Source of the DNA: Candidatus Hadarchaeota archaeon
Lineage (GTDB): Archaea; Hadarchaeota; Hadarchaeia; Hadarchaeales; JAWBSP01
Reading direction: 5' to 3'
Assembly (NCBI GenBank): GCA_964474885.1
Contig: CAYYWO010000012.1
Span: forward strand, 1-23,090
DNA: 23,090 bases
The stretch's first letter is position 1; every line of letters begins with the position of its first letter. Made by a program: the position numbers and the translations under genes. A model generated the notes under the pieces. The model saw only the letters and a list, made by a program, of their open reading frames with translations, was not told the DNA's origin and did not search any database. Positions 1 to 6,322 of this stretch are shown here, piece by piece.

Positions 1-306
1 AAAAGGAGCTCCGCCTAATAGGCGGGGGATGTGGAGGAATTTGATGGACTTGCTCGGCCGTGTATGCAGCATAACCATTCCCGTCATCGCCAGCAGTGGA
101 TGGGCAGAGGCAGACCGCTAAGATTTTTGGGAGGATGAACTTGCATGCTCGAAGATGGCAGCTGCTCGAGGAAACCACAGGCTCCAGCGGAAGATGGACT
201 GCATGCTCGGGAAGCTGAGCCTGGGGATGAAGGCGAACGCCCTCATGCACGGCTGGCAGAGGCTGGATGACGTGGGGGCCGGAGGAGGTTGAGAGACTCC
301 CGGGCC

Positions 307-320
307 GAAAGTTTATAATC
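307..320 (+). promoter_or_regulatory. BRE/TATA-like archaeal promoter element with no evident downstream gene
   Basis: GAAAGTTTATAATC: a purine-rich BRE followed by TTTATAA. It points antisense into the vapC remnant. Confidence 0.35.
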
Positions 321-344
321 CCGAGCTTAGGGTGTGCTACAAGC

Positions 345-582
345 CTATGTCTTAGGTTTTGAGCTTCGATAGCGATGGTTCTATCGACTTCGCGGACGAA
401 CGACCGTTGCTAGATGAAGGCGAGCTTTTTTCTCGCGGTCTCCTCACCATAGAACCTCAGAACCCAAAGGTAGACCTCTGCCAAGTTGATGGTGCTGACC
501 ACGACTTCCTTTTAGGACTCTGCCCCGGCGGCTCTCCGCGGAAGTACCCGATCCACGCCCAGAGATCAACCAAAACGGTCAA
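345..582 (-). pseudogene. vapC: VapC/PIN-domain ribonuclease toxin pseudogene
   Basis: Manual minus-strand translation from TTG at 582 gives MTVLVDLWAWIGYFRGEPPG, then a frameshift/deletion near 505-520, then EVVVSTINLAEVYLWVLRFYGEETARKKLAFI*QRSFVREVDRTIAIEA (stop at 410-412). The VLVD..AW and VSTINLAEVY motifs are typical of archaeal PIN toxins. The C-terminal catalytic Asp region is missing and the left end is approximate. Not in the ORF track. Confidence 0.8.
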
Positions 583-736
583 TCTTCGGAAGAGTTTGAG
601 CTTTCGAGCCAAAGTGCAACTTTGCTTTTGCGAGAAGCACGCCAGATGGTCTCGTCCATCGACTTCGCCCCAATTTATTTTTTGAAAGCTGCCAGTCGCT
701 TGAGGACGTCCTCGCGTACTTGAATTTGAGTAACAT
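579..736 (-). pseudogene. vapB: VapB-like antitoxin pseudogene
   Basis: ATG at 736 is 1 nt out of frame with VTQIQVREDVLKRLAAFKK*IGAKSMDETIWRASRK...SED* (internal TAA at 675-677). The T.IQV...L.....G.KS.DE.I pattern fits archaeal RHH-type antitoxins. Its TGA overlaps the vapC TTG start (TTGA, 579-582). Confidence 0.7.
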
Positions 737-1094
737 TTTTCCCCCTATAATCTATGGAAAATCAGATGGCCCAAAAATTCTAACATGCTATCGACCCGGA
801 GGTTCTTGAGCGCAGATCGATCATCAGAACCTCTTCGGGAAAGATCCGGCGGCAAGCTAGAGCTAGATTAGGTATTTGTGGAAAGACCGAGCTGACCTTC
901 TTGCTTCGGATTCTAACGGTGTCTGATCCCGTGAGGCTTTGAATGCGGCCCAAAGGGGACCGTCCGGCCATCAACTAGGTGAAAGCTCTTTCTGCTTCTT
1001 TAAAGCAAACAAACCCATCCTTCTTTCCTTCCGAGCCGGGGGGATATGCTCTTCTGTTTCGGGAGTTTAGACCTTACGTAAACTTGGTTTAAAG

Positions 1095-3032
1095 TTATGA
1101 CCACCCAAACCAGAACCAGAAAGTGAGATCTCCATCGCCATCTGTGTCGATGTACTGGGCCATCAAGATGTATTCGTGACTCATGTCTAGGGAAACCTTA
1201 TTTTCAACGTTCTTCTTTCCGTAGCCATCCTCGTCAAGTACAGTCTTGGTCGTGTTGGCTGTAATGTCCCTCAAGTACACGTCGGAGTAGTCGTCCACGT
1301 ACCCTATCCTACAATACAGGTAAGGGGCGGGAGGCTTGCCGATAAACCACCAGTAACGAAAAGTACCGTCGTAGTCAGTGTCTATTTCATCGTCGAGTTG
1401 AGTGGGGAGAGGAGCTGAAGCATAACCGTTAGAATAATCGTCGTGCAACACGTAGGGAGGCATCCACCAGACCGGTAAGCCCGAAGGAGGATCCGCGTAA
1501 CCCGAGTCATTGAGTGTTTCGTCAGTGGTATACAAACATACCCCTGGGAACCAGCCTGCAAAGTTATCAATGGTATAGTCTGCTATTTTTTGTCCAGAGA
1601 TCCAGCACGGATTTGTTGCTTTTACTCCTAAATTCCCCTCGTTAGTCAGCCTCATCTTTACAGTTCCTGCGTCGCTAGTGTTCCCATCGATCCGAAAATC
1701 TATGTAACTCCCCGCGAGAGTCAGCTCCCCAGCCCTGTTAGGATCGTCACCCCAGAGCTCTATCCAAGATCTCGAGTCGCTGGCGTTTGTGTTGTGGTAG
1801 ATGTTCAGCCTGTCATCCGAGCCCCCGATGAGATCACCAGTTATGCGGACAGTTCCGGCTACGTCTAAGGGGTACTGAGGTGAGGGAGTACCTATTCCGA
1901 TCTTACTATCTACCAGCACACTACCAGCATGCACGTCACCGCTCACATCCAGTTTGTAAAGCGGACTGAAGGTGCCGATACCGACGTTCCCCCCCGCTAG
2001 GATGATGTTTTCCTTGGCATAGATGAGGAGCATATCATCACGGTTTTCTTGCAGGTAAACGTGGTCGGCGTCACCGAAGTTGAGTTTTGCACCTTCCCCA
2101 TACGTCCCACCCCCCTCCAGCCTCAGGGTATAATTGTCTGAACTGTAGATGCGGGCAGTCCCGCAGACATCGAGCCTGTACTCAGGAGAGAGAGTCCCTA
2201 TCCCAAGCTTCCCGTTGTCGTACACACTCGTTTCCCTATACTCGGTTAGGTCCGTTCCATAACCCAGCCAGATCTTCCCCGTACCTGAACCTAGCTTCAG
2301 ATCGAAGAAAGACTCGGCAGTGGTTATGAGTGTGTTTTCGATGTATATGTTTTCTATCGTCTCCCCCGGGAGGCCAGGGTAAACGGGGGGAGGAATGGAA
2401 AGAATTGCCCGCAGTGGCGTGTGACAGGAGAAGATAACCGATCGAGAAGGTGTGTGCACGATGGTGAGTCTGGTGAGGGAGATGAACCTTACATTTTCCC
2501 CCAACCCCTCAAACTCGATCGAGAGGACCTGTGGGGGGGCTACTTCTGCCGCGCTGGCCTTCACATAAAGATTTTCGGACCAAGGTTCATCCGAGTAGGA
2601 TGCCTTTATGAGTTCTTTGGTGGTGGGCAGAGAGTGGATGTAGTACCTGACGAAGGACCTGCCACCCTCCGAGTTCTCCATCCACCCATCTATCCTCAGC
2701 TCCAGGTGTTGGGACTTGAGAGATTCCCCGGCTTGGAGCCTGAGCCGCAGGACGGAGATGTTGTCATGCTTCTTCAGGGAAGCTATCAGATTGACGTGCG
2801 GGGATGGCTTTCCTCCCAGTGTTAGCACACCAGTTCTCACGAGGGAAGCGAAGAGAACGGCTGCAACCGCTGCGACCAACGCTATCAACACAGTTCCCAG
2901 GACCGGTGAGAGAGACCGAGTGCTCTTCAGGAAGAACTTGTCGCCCTTCCGCCTGATCTCTACCTCCACGAACTTGACTTTCACATAGAGCTCTTGAGCT
3001 CTTGCTATGTGAGGATTTCTGACAAGCTCCAA
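1095..3032 (-). CDS. Pilin-like surface protein with GxxGIGTxSP fibre repeats and a C-terminal PA14-like domain (putative adhesin)
   Basis: 645 aa ORF. Class III signal-like RSLSPVLGTVLIALVAAVAAVLF. Repeats GKLGIGTLSPEYRLDVCG, GNVGIGTFSPLYKLDVSG, SKIGIGTPSPQYPLDVAG and GNLGVKATNP. The C-terminus VDDYSDVYL..VLDEDG..VSL..Y.L..QY.DTDGDGDLTFW resembles PA14. Start codon uncertain and may lie downstream. Confidence 0.75.
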   Translation of the reverse strand: MELVRNPHIARAQELYVKVKFVEVEIRRKGDKFFLKSTRSLSPVLGTVLIALVAAVAAVLFASLVRTGVLTLGGKPSPHVNLIASLKKHDNISVLRLRLQAGESLKSQHLELRIDGWMENSEGGRSFVRYYIHSLPTTKELIKASYSDEPWSENLYVKASAAEVAPPQVLSIEFEGLGENVRFISLTRLTIVHTPSRSVIFSCHTPLRAILSIPPPVYPGLPGETIENIYIENTLITTAESFFDLKLGSGTGKIWLGYGTDLTEYRETSVYDNGKLGIGTLSPEYRLDVCGTARIYSSDNYTLRLEGGGTYGEGAKLNFGDADHVYLQENRDDMLLIYAKENIILAGGNVGIGTFSPLYKLDVSGDVHAGSVLVDSKIGIGTPSPQYPLDVAGTVRITGDLIGGSDDRLNIYHNTNASDSRSWIELWGDDPNRAGELTLAGSYIDFRIDGNTSDAGTVKMRLTNEGNLGVKATNPCWISGQKIADYTIDNFAGWFPGVCLYTTDETLNDSGYADPPSGLPVWWMPPYVLHDDYSNGYASAPLPTQLDDEIDTDYDGTFRYWWFIGKPPAPYLYCRIGYVDDYSDVYLRDITANTTKTVLDEDGYGKKNVENKVSLDMSHEYILMAQYIDTDGDGDLTFWFWFGWS

Positions 3033-3043
3033 AAACCCTTAGA

Positions 3044-3844
3044 TTACTTTTCTAGGTGAGTCTCGAGCCGGATGATTGTCCTCTCCCAGTGGACATCCCA
3101 AACAGAGCCTGTGCGCCTTCCCCTCACCCGGAACTCGATGTTTTCGGGATAGTTGGAGACGACTTGGATCACATCCTCAGCGAGTTTAAGCTCTTGGGTG
3201 AGTCTTTCATCCTCTGCTCGGAAGAAGTTCTCCCAAGCTTGGAAGGTGCCAGGAGCCGGACGCACGACGTAGATCGCCTCGTTGGTATCTTGGTAGCTAG
3301 TGGAAACGTAAGCCGTGCAATCGATGATCAAGTCGATGGTCGAGGTCAACTTCTCTGAACCCGAGATCTCGTATTCCACGGTGTAGAAGTCTAGGTTGGG
3401 CCATTTTGGATCGTTTAACAGCCTGAAAAGGCTTGGAGGAGAGATGAAGTAGGAGTTCTCCTCTTGGATCAGGATCACGCCTCCATTTTGGAGACAAAGG
3501 GTGAAGTTTGGACGGGCGAAGTAGCTCGATCTAAAGCTGATGAATCCCAGGGTTTCATTGGTTTCCAGGGTCCCCCCTTGGGGTGGCGGGGGAGAGTAGA
3601 GGAAGCTGGAGACCTTTTGAGGACACATGGTCACTTTCATGAAGGTGGAGCGCCCGTTATCGAGCTTGATGATGGAGTCTTTTAGTTCAAGAAATTGTCG
3701 GATGACCTTGTCTTGATGGATGGCCTCGTTCCTGCGGAGCGCGCTCCAAACATAATTAACGTAGTAAAGGTAAAATCCCGAGAGGGCGACTGCCAAGACC
3801 AGAATAGCCCCGACGGCTTCGGAGATGCCTCTTTTCCCCACCAT
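3044..3844 (-). CDS. Archaeal type IV pilin-like protein (class III signal peptide)
   Basis: 266 aa. MVGKRG/ISEAVGAILVLAVAL is a prepilin peptidase (PibD/FlaK) site plus hydrophobic helix, followed by an E..H...V..QF..L helix common in archaeal minor pilin-like proteins. Lies 11 bp upstream of the adhesin ORF. Confidence 0.85.
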   Translation of the reverse strand: MVGKRGISEAVGAILVLAVALSGFYLYYVNYVWSALRRNEAIHQDKVIRQFLELKDSIIKLDNGRSTFMKVTMCPQKVSSFLYSPPPPQGGTLETNETLGFISFRSSYFARPNFTLCLQNGGVILIQEENSYFISPPSLFRLLNDPKWPNLDFYTVEYEISGSEKLTSTIDLIIDCTAYVSTSYQDTNEAIYVVRPAPGTFQAWENFFRAEDERLTQELKLAEDVIQVVSNYPENIEFRVRGRRTGSVWDVHWERTIIRLETHLEK

Positions 3845-3885
3845 TCCTAATCAACATCCTCAAAAATCCAAAAAACTAGCTTGTA

Positions 3886-4179
3886 GTGGCAAAGAGGATC
3901 GTACCGGTTGGAGAAGGGGAGAGAAAAAGGCTCACGATCAAGTTTCGTTCACCTTCTTTGCCTTATGAGGAAATAGCTGAGCTCATCAGACAGGGTTTTG
4001 ACGTTTTCATTTCGAAGGTGACCACGAGGACCGCATACTATGCCAAGCGCAGACTCAGCCAGCTCCTGGGCAAGCAGGTCAACGCCTGGCCGGCCACCTT
4101 TGACAGGACTCCCGGGTACCTTTTCTCGATCAGGACTGGCGAGGAAGTACTGGGGCGAAGAAAGATAGCCAAGTACTAA
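3886..4179 (+). CDS. Small basic hypothetical protein, possibly nucleic-acid binding
   Basis: 97 aa, Arg/Lys-rich, alternating alpha/beta pattern (LPYEEIAELIRQGFDVFI...AYYAKRRLSQLLG...GYLFSI). GTG start, divergent from the pilin gene across 41 bp, with no competing long ORF. Confidence 0.7.
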   Translation: MAKRIVPVGEGERKRLTIKFRSPSLPYEEIAELIRQGFDVFISKVTTRTAYYAKRRLSQLLGKQVNAWPATFDRTPGYLFSIRTGEEVLGRRKIAKY

Positions 4180-4288
4180 CCGAACCTAAAATGATAGGCA
4201 TTTTCCAGCTCAGAAGTGGAACCCGATCCTCAGACGCCAAGAGGCAAGTGAATTAGGTCGCTTGATACATGGTGCAACGGTAAGGAAT

Positions 4289-4312
4289 TGTCTGTTACCA
4301 TAGTAACAGACA
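4289..4312. repeat. 24 bp palindrome, copy 1 (TGTCTGTTAC-CATA-GTAACAGACA)
   Basis: Perfect 10 bp arms around a 4 nt centre, intergenic. Matches 5407-5429 at 22 of 23 positions. Confidence 0.95.
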
Positions 4313-4438
4313 CCGAACCGCTGTTTTCAGGAATGTTCATTTTGTTATGACACTTTGCACAAATGTTTATTTGTATCAACACTTGGGGAGCGAACTGTTT
4401 ATCTGTTACAAACACTTGTGACCGAGACCTGCTTCGGG

Positions 4439-5149
4439 CTAGGTTATGTAGAATCTCCTCTGCACGAGCTCGTACAGCAGATTCTCCTCCTGGGATTTCT
4501 CTTGGAACTTGGGTACCAAGCCATCCGATTTCGAGACCCAGATCTTGGCATTCCATCCCTCCAGCTGGAGCACCCAGCAATCGAATTCCCCCGCAGGTAC
4601 CTTCACTCTCTCCTGCCCGATGCACGTAGCGCTTGAGGGGACTAGGCTCAGGAAGGGGAGAGAGGCCATGTTGAACTCCCCGTAGTACCGGGATCCCAAG
4701 TGCCTGCACCTCAGGGCCAGAAGGAAGTGCTCCGGGCTGGTGAGGTGGAGGGGTAGGTCCAGCCAGTTTTCCACCCTCGTTTTCCCGGCCATCCAGCCAC
4801 CCTGTAGCTTGCCTATGTCTTCCCAGACCTGAAGGAAGCCCTCGACGCCTCCCATCCTCACCCAGCAGTACTTCAGCTCGCCCTCCGGCGTCAGGAGCAG
4901 ACTGCCTGTCCTGGACCGATTTTCCAAGCTTAGGGAAAAGCTAACGCTGTAGCACTCGTCCCCCCTGAAAAAAGTCCTCCCCTCGATCTCCATCGAAAAG
5001 CTCCCCTTCTCCGTCCCCGTGACCTGGTACTCCAGATACTCTCCCGTCCTGAAGACCGGGGAGCCTCGGGCGAGCATCCACAGGGCGATCACAACTACCG
5101 CCGCAGCGACCACAAGCGCTGGGAGAAGCTTACGCGGGAGCCTGTGCAT
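4439..5149 (-). CDS. Exported/membrane-anchored beta-rich protein, DUF3108-like
   Basis: 236 aa. N-terminal hydrophobic helix, F..GE.L.Y.V start motif, and a C-terminal ERVKVPAGEFDCW...KIWVSK motif typical of DUF3108/TapB-like domains. Confidence 0.75.
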   Translation of the reverse strand: MHRLPRKLLPALVVAAAVVVIALWMLARGSPVFRTGEYLEYQVTGTEKGSFSMEIEGRTFFRGDECYSVSFSLSLENRSRTGSLLLTPEGELKYCWVRMGGVEGFLQVWEDIGKLQGGWMAGKTRVENWLDLPLHLTSPEHFLLALRCRHLGSRYYGEFNMASLPFLSLVPSSATCIGQERVKVPAGEFDCWVLQLEGWNAKIWVSKSDGLVPKFQEKSQEENLLYELVQRRFYIT

Positions 5150-5406
5150 TATGAAAATCGTGATTGAGTTTTTACTTCTCCGCTTGGGTTCAGGGCGGAG
5201 TACAGGACCTTAATGTATCTTCCCTCTCTCGTGAGATCAAGGATATCCTGAACGTTTTTCCTTCAAACATTTTCTTCGGAAGAATCTTCCTGTAGGGCTT
5301 AGGCTCAAATCTCACTCCCGCACTAAATCTTCAATCCGCTCGTGAGCCAACTGTTCAATGTCTCCTGAGTTCTAAAACGTCGAGCTGAAAATCGGACGTC
5401 AACCGC

Positions 5407-5429
5407 TGTCTGTTACCATGGTAACAGAC
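5407..5429. repeat. Palindrome, copy 2 (T-GTCTGTTACCATGGTAACAGAC; perfect 22 bp)
   Basis: 5408-5429 is a perfect palindrome, intergenic, 1118 bp from copy 1. Confidence 0.95.
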
Positions 5430-5506
5430 TTGGAAGAGGACGAACTGGGTTCTCAGTTACCCAAACAAATTGGAATCCCACAAAATTCATTTCCGGGCCG
5501 CCTCTT

Positions 5507-6319
5507 CTACCCCTCGCGCGAGCTACTGCAGTCGTTGAAGCAGAACAGGATCCGGTAGCCCGAGGGCTCGCCGAAGGGGGGATAAGGTTCTATCCAACGA
5601 TTGTCGAGCTGCAGGAAGACGTGATCGACCTCTCCTTTTGAGCCCACGACCACCCAGAGTCTTTCAGGAGGGACCCCAGCCGCCCTGAGCAGTGAGCACA
5701 GCAGCACGGCGAAGTCCTCGCAGTCTCCCCTCCTCAGTTCCAGAGTTTCCCTAGGGAGTTGCCAGTAGTCTTTACAGCCGTGAGCGTTTTCATCAGGGAC
5801 GTATTCCATGCTGGACATCCACTGCAGGTAAGCGTCCAGGTTTTCTCCCAGTTGCTTCGCCAGATCCAAGATGGCGGGATCCTTGGGAGTTACGAACACC
5901 ATCTCCGTGCCCGGGGGCATGTTGTCCAAGGAGCGGGGGAGGTGCAGATGCAGCTCGAGGTGCCGAATCAGGTTTTCCTGCCCGTACCTCAGGATTGCCG
6001 TCACCGGATAGTCCCCTTCAGTCAGTGAGAAGTTGTACTGCCAGGTTCTGAGTTCGTTAGGTCCGATCTCTTTCATTTTTTGTTGGAGATGATTCTCCCC
6101 AACCCACAGCTCGAGTTCAGGCTCGGCCTCCAGCTCACCTGTGTTCCAGACCGAGCAGAGCAGGCTAACCTCAGGTACTGGTGTGTCGTTCTCCCCGTGC
6201 GTCCACATTATCTGAGGGAAAATGGTGAGCTCCAAGCTAGCCCTTCGTTCCCGAGCGAAAAGAAATAGTGAAAGAAAAAACAAAATAATCAAAATTAGCA
6301 GGGGCCCATCCAGTCTCAA
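5507..6319 (-). CDS. Membrane-anchored transglutaminase-like cysteine peptidase (BTLCP/LapG/C93-like) with an Ig/CARDB domain
   Basis: 270 aa. N-terminal TM, VWNTG CARDB-like motif, DYWQLPRETLELRRGDCEDFAVL (catalytic Cys), DHVFL (His) and WIEP (acidic residue). Confidence 0.85.
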   Translation of the reverse strand: MRLDGPLLILIILFFLSLFLFARERRASLELTIFPQIMWTHGENDTPVPEVSLLCSVWNTGELEAEPELELWVGENHLQQKMKEIGPNELRTWQYNFSLTEGDYPVTAILRYGQENLIRHLELHLHLPRSLDNMPPGTEMVFVTPKDPAILDLAKQLGENLDAYLQWMSSMEYVPDENAHGCKDYWQLPRETLELRRGDCEDFAVLLCSLLRAAGVPPERLWVVVGSKGEVDHVFLQLDNRWIEPYPPFGEPSGYRILFCFNDCSSSREG

Positions 6320-6322
6320 AGT

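Noticed and set aside
1-293. Possible integrase or other gene remnant on the + strand (..DFWEDEL..RKMDCMLGK..)
   Set aside because: Interrupted by stops, and no convincing R-H-x-x-R / H / Y catalytic set. It looks coding-like but cannot be assigned.
359-685. 108 aa plus-strand ORF from the track
   Set aside because: Antisense shadow of the vapBC pseudogenes, with no recognisable motifs.
1095-1640. Diversity-generating retroelement target in the adhesin C-terminus
   Set aside because: No near-identical template repeat with adenine-specific differences and no reverse transcriptase in the window.
4230-4709. 159 aa minus-strand ORF and the overlapping 4355-4636 and 4363-4629 ORFs
   Set aside because: They overlap the better-supported 4439-5149 gene and run through the palindrome region, with non-protein-like composition.
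5150-5400. Purine-rich minus-strand gene remnant and a hairpin at 5178-5200
   Set aside because: Only short broken frames with no recognisable family. The stem is 6 bp plus wobble pairs and could be chance.
4289-5429. CRISPR repeats, integron attC, Xer dif or ORB interpretation of the palindromes
   Set aside because: Only two copies 1.1 kb apart and no cas genes. They lack attC R/L box spacing, the 11-6-11 asymmetric-spacer dif layout, and the ORB TTCCA..GAAA/G-string.
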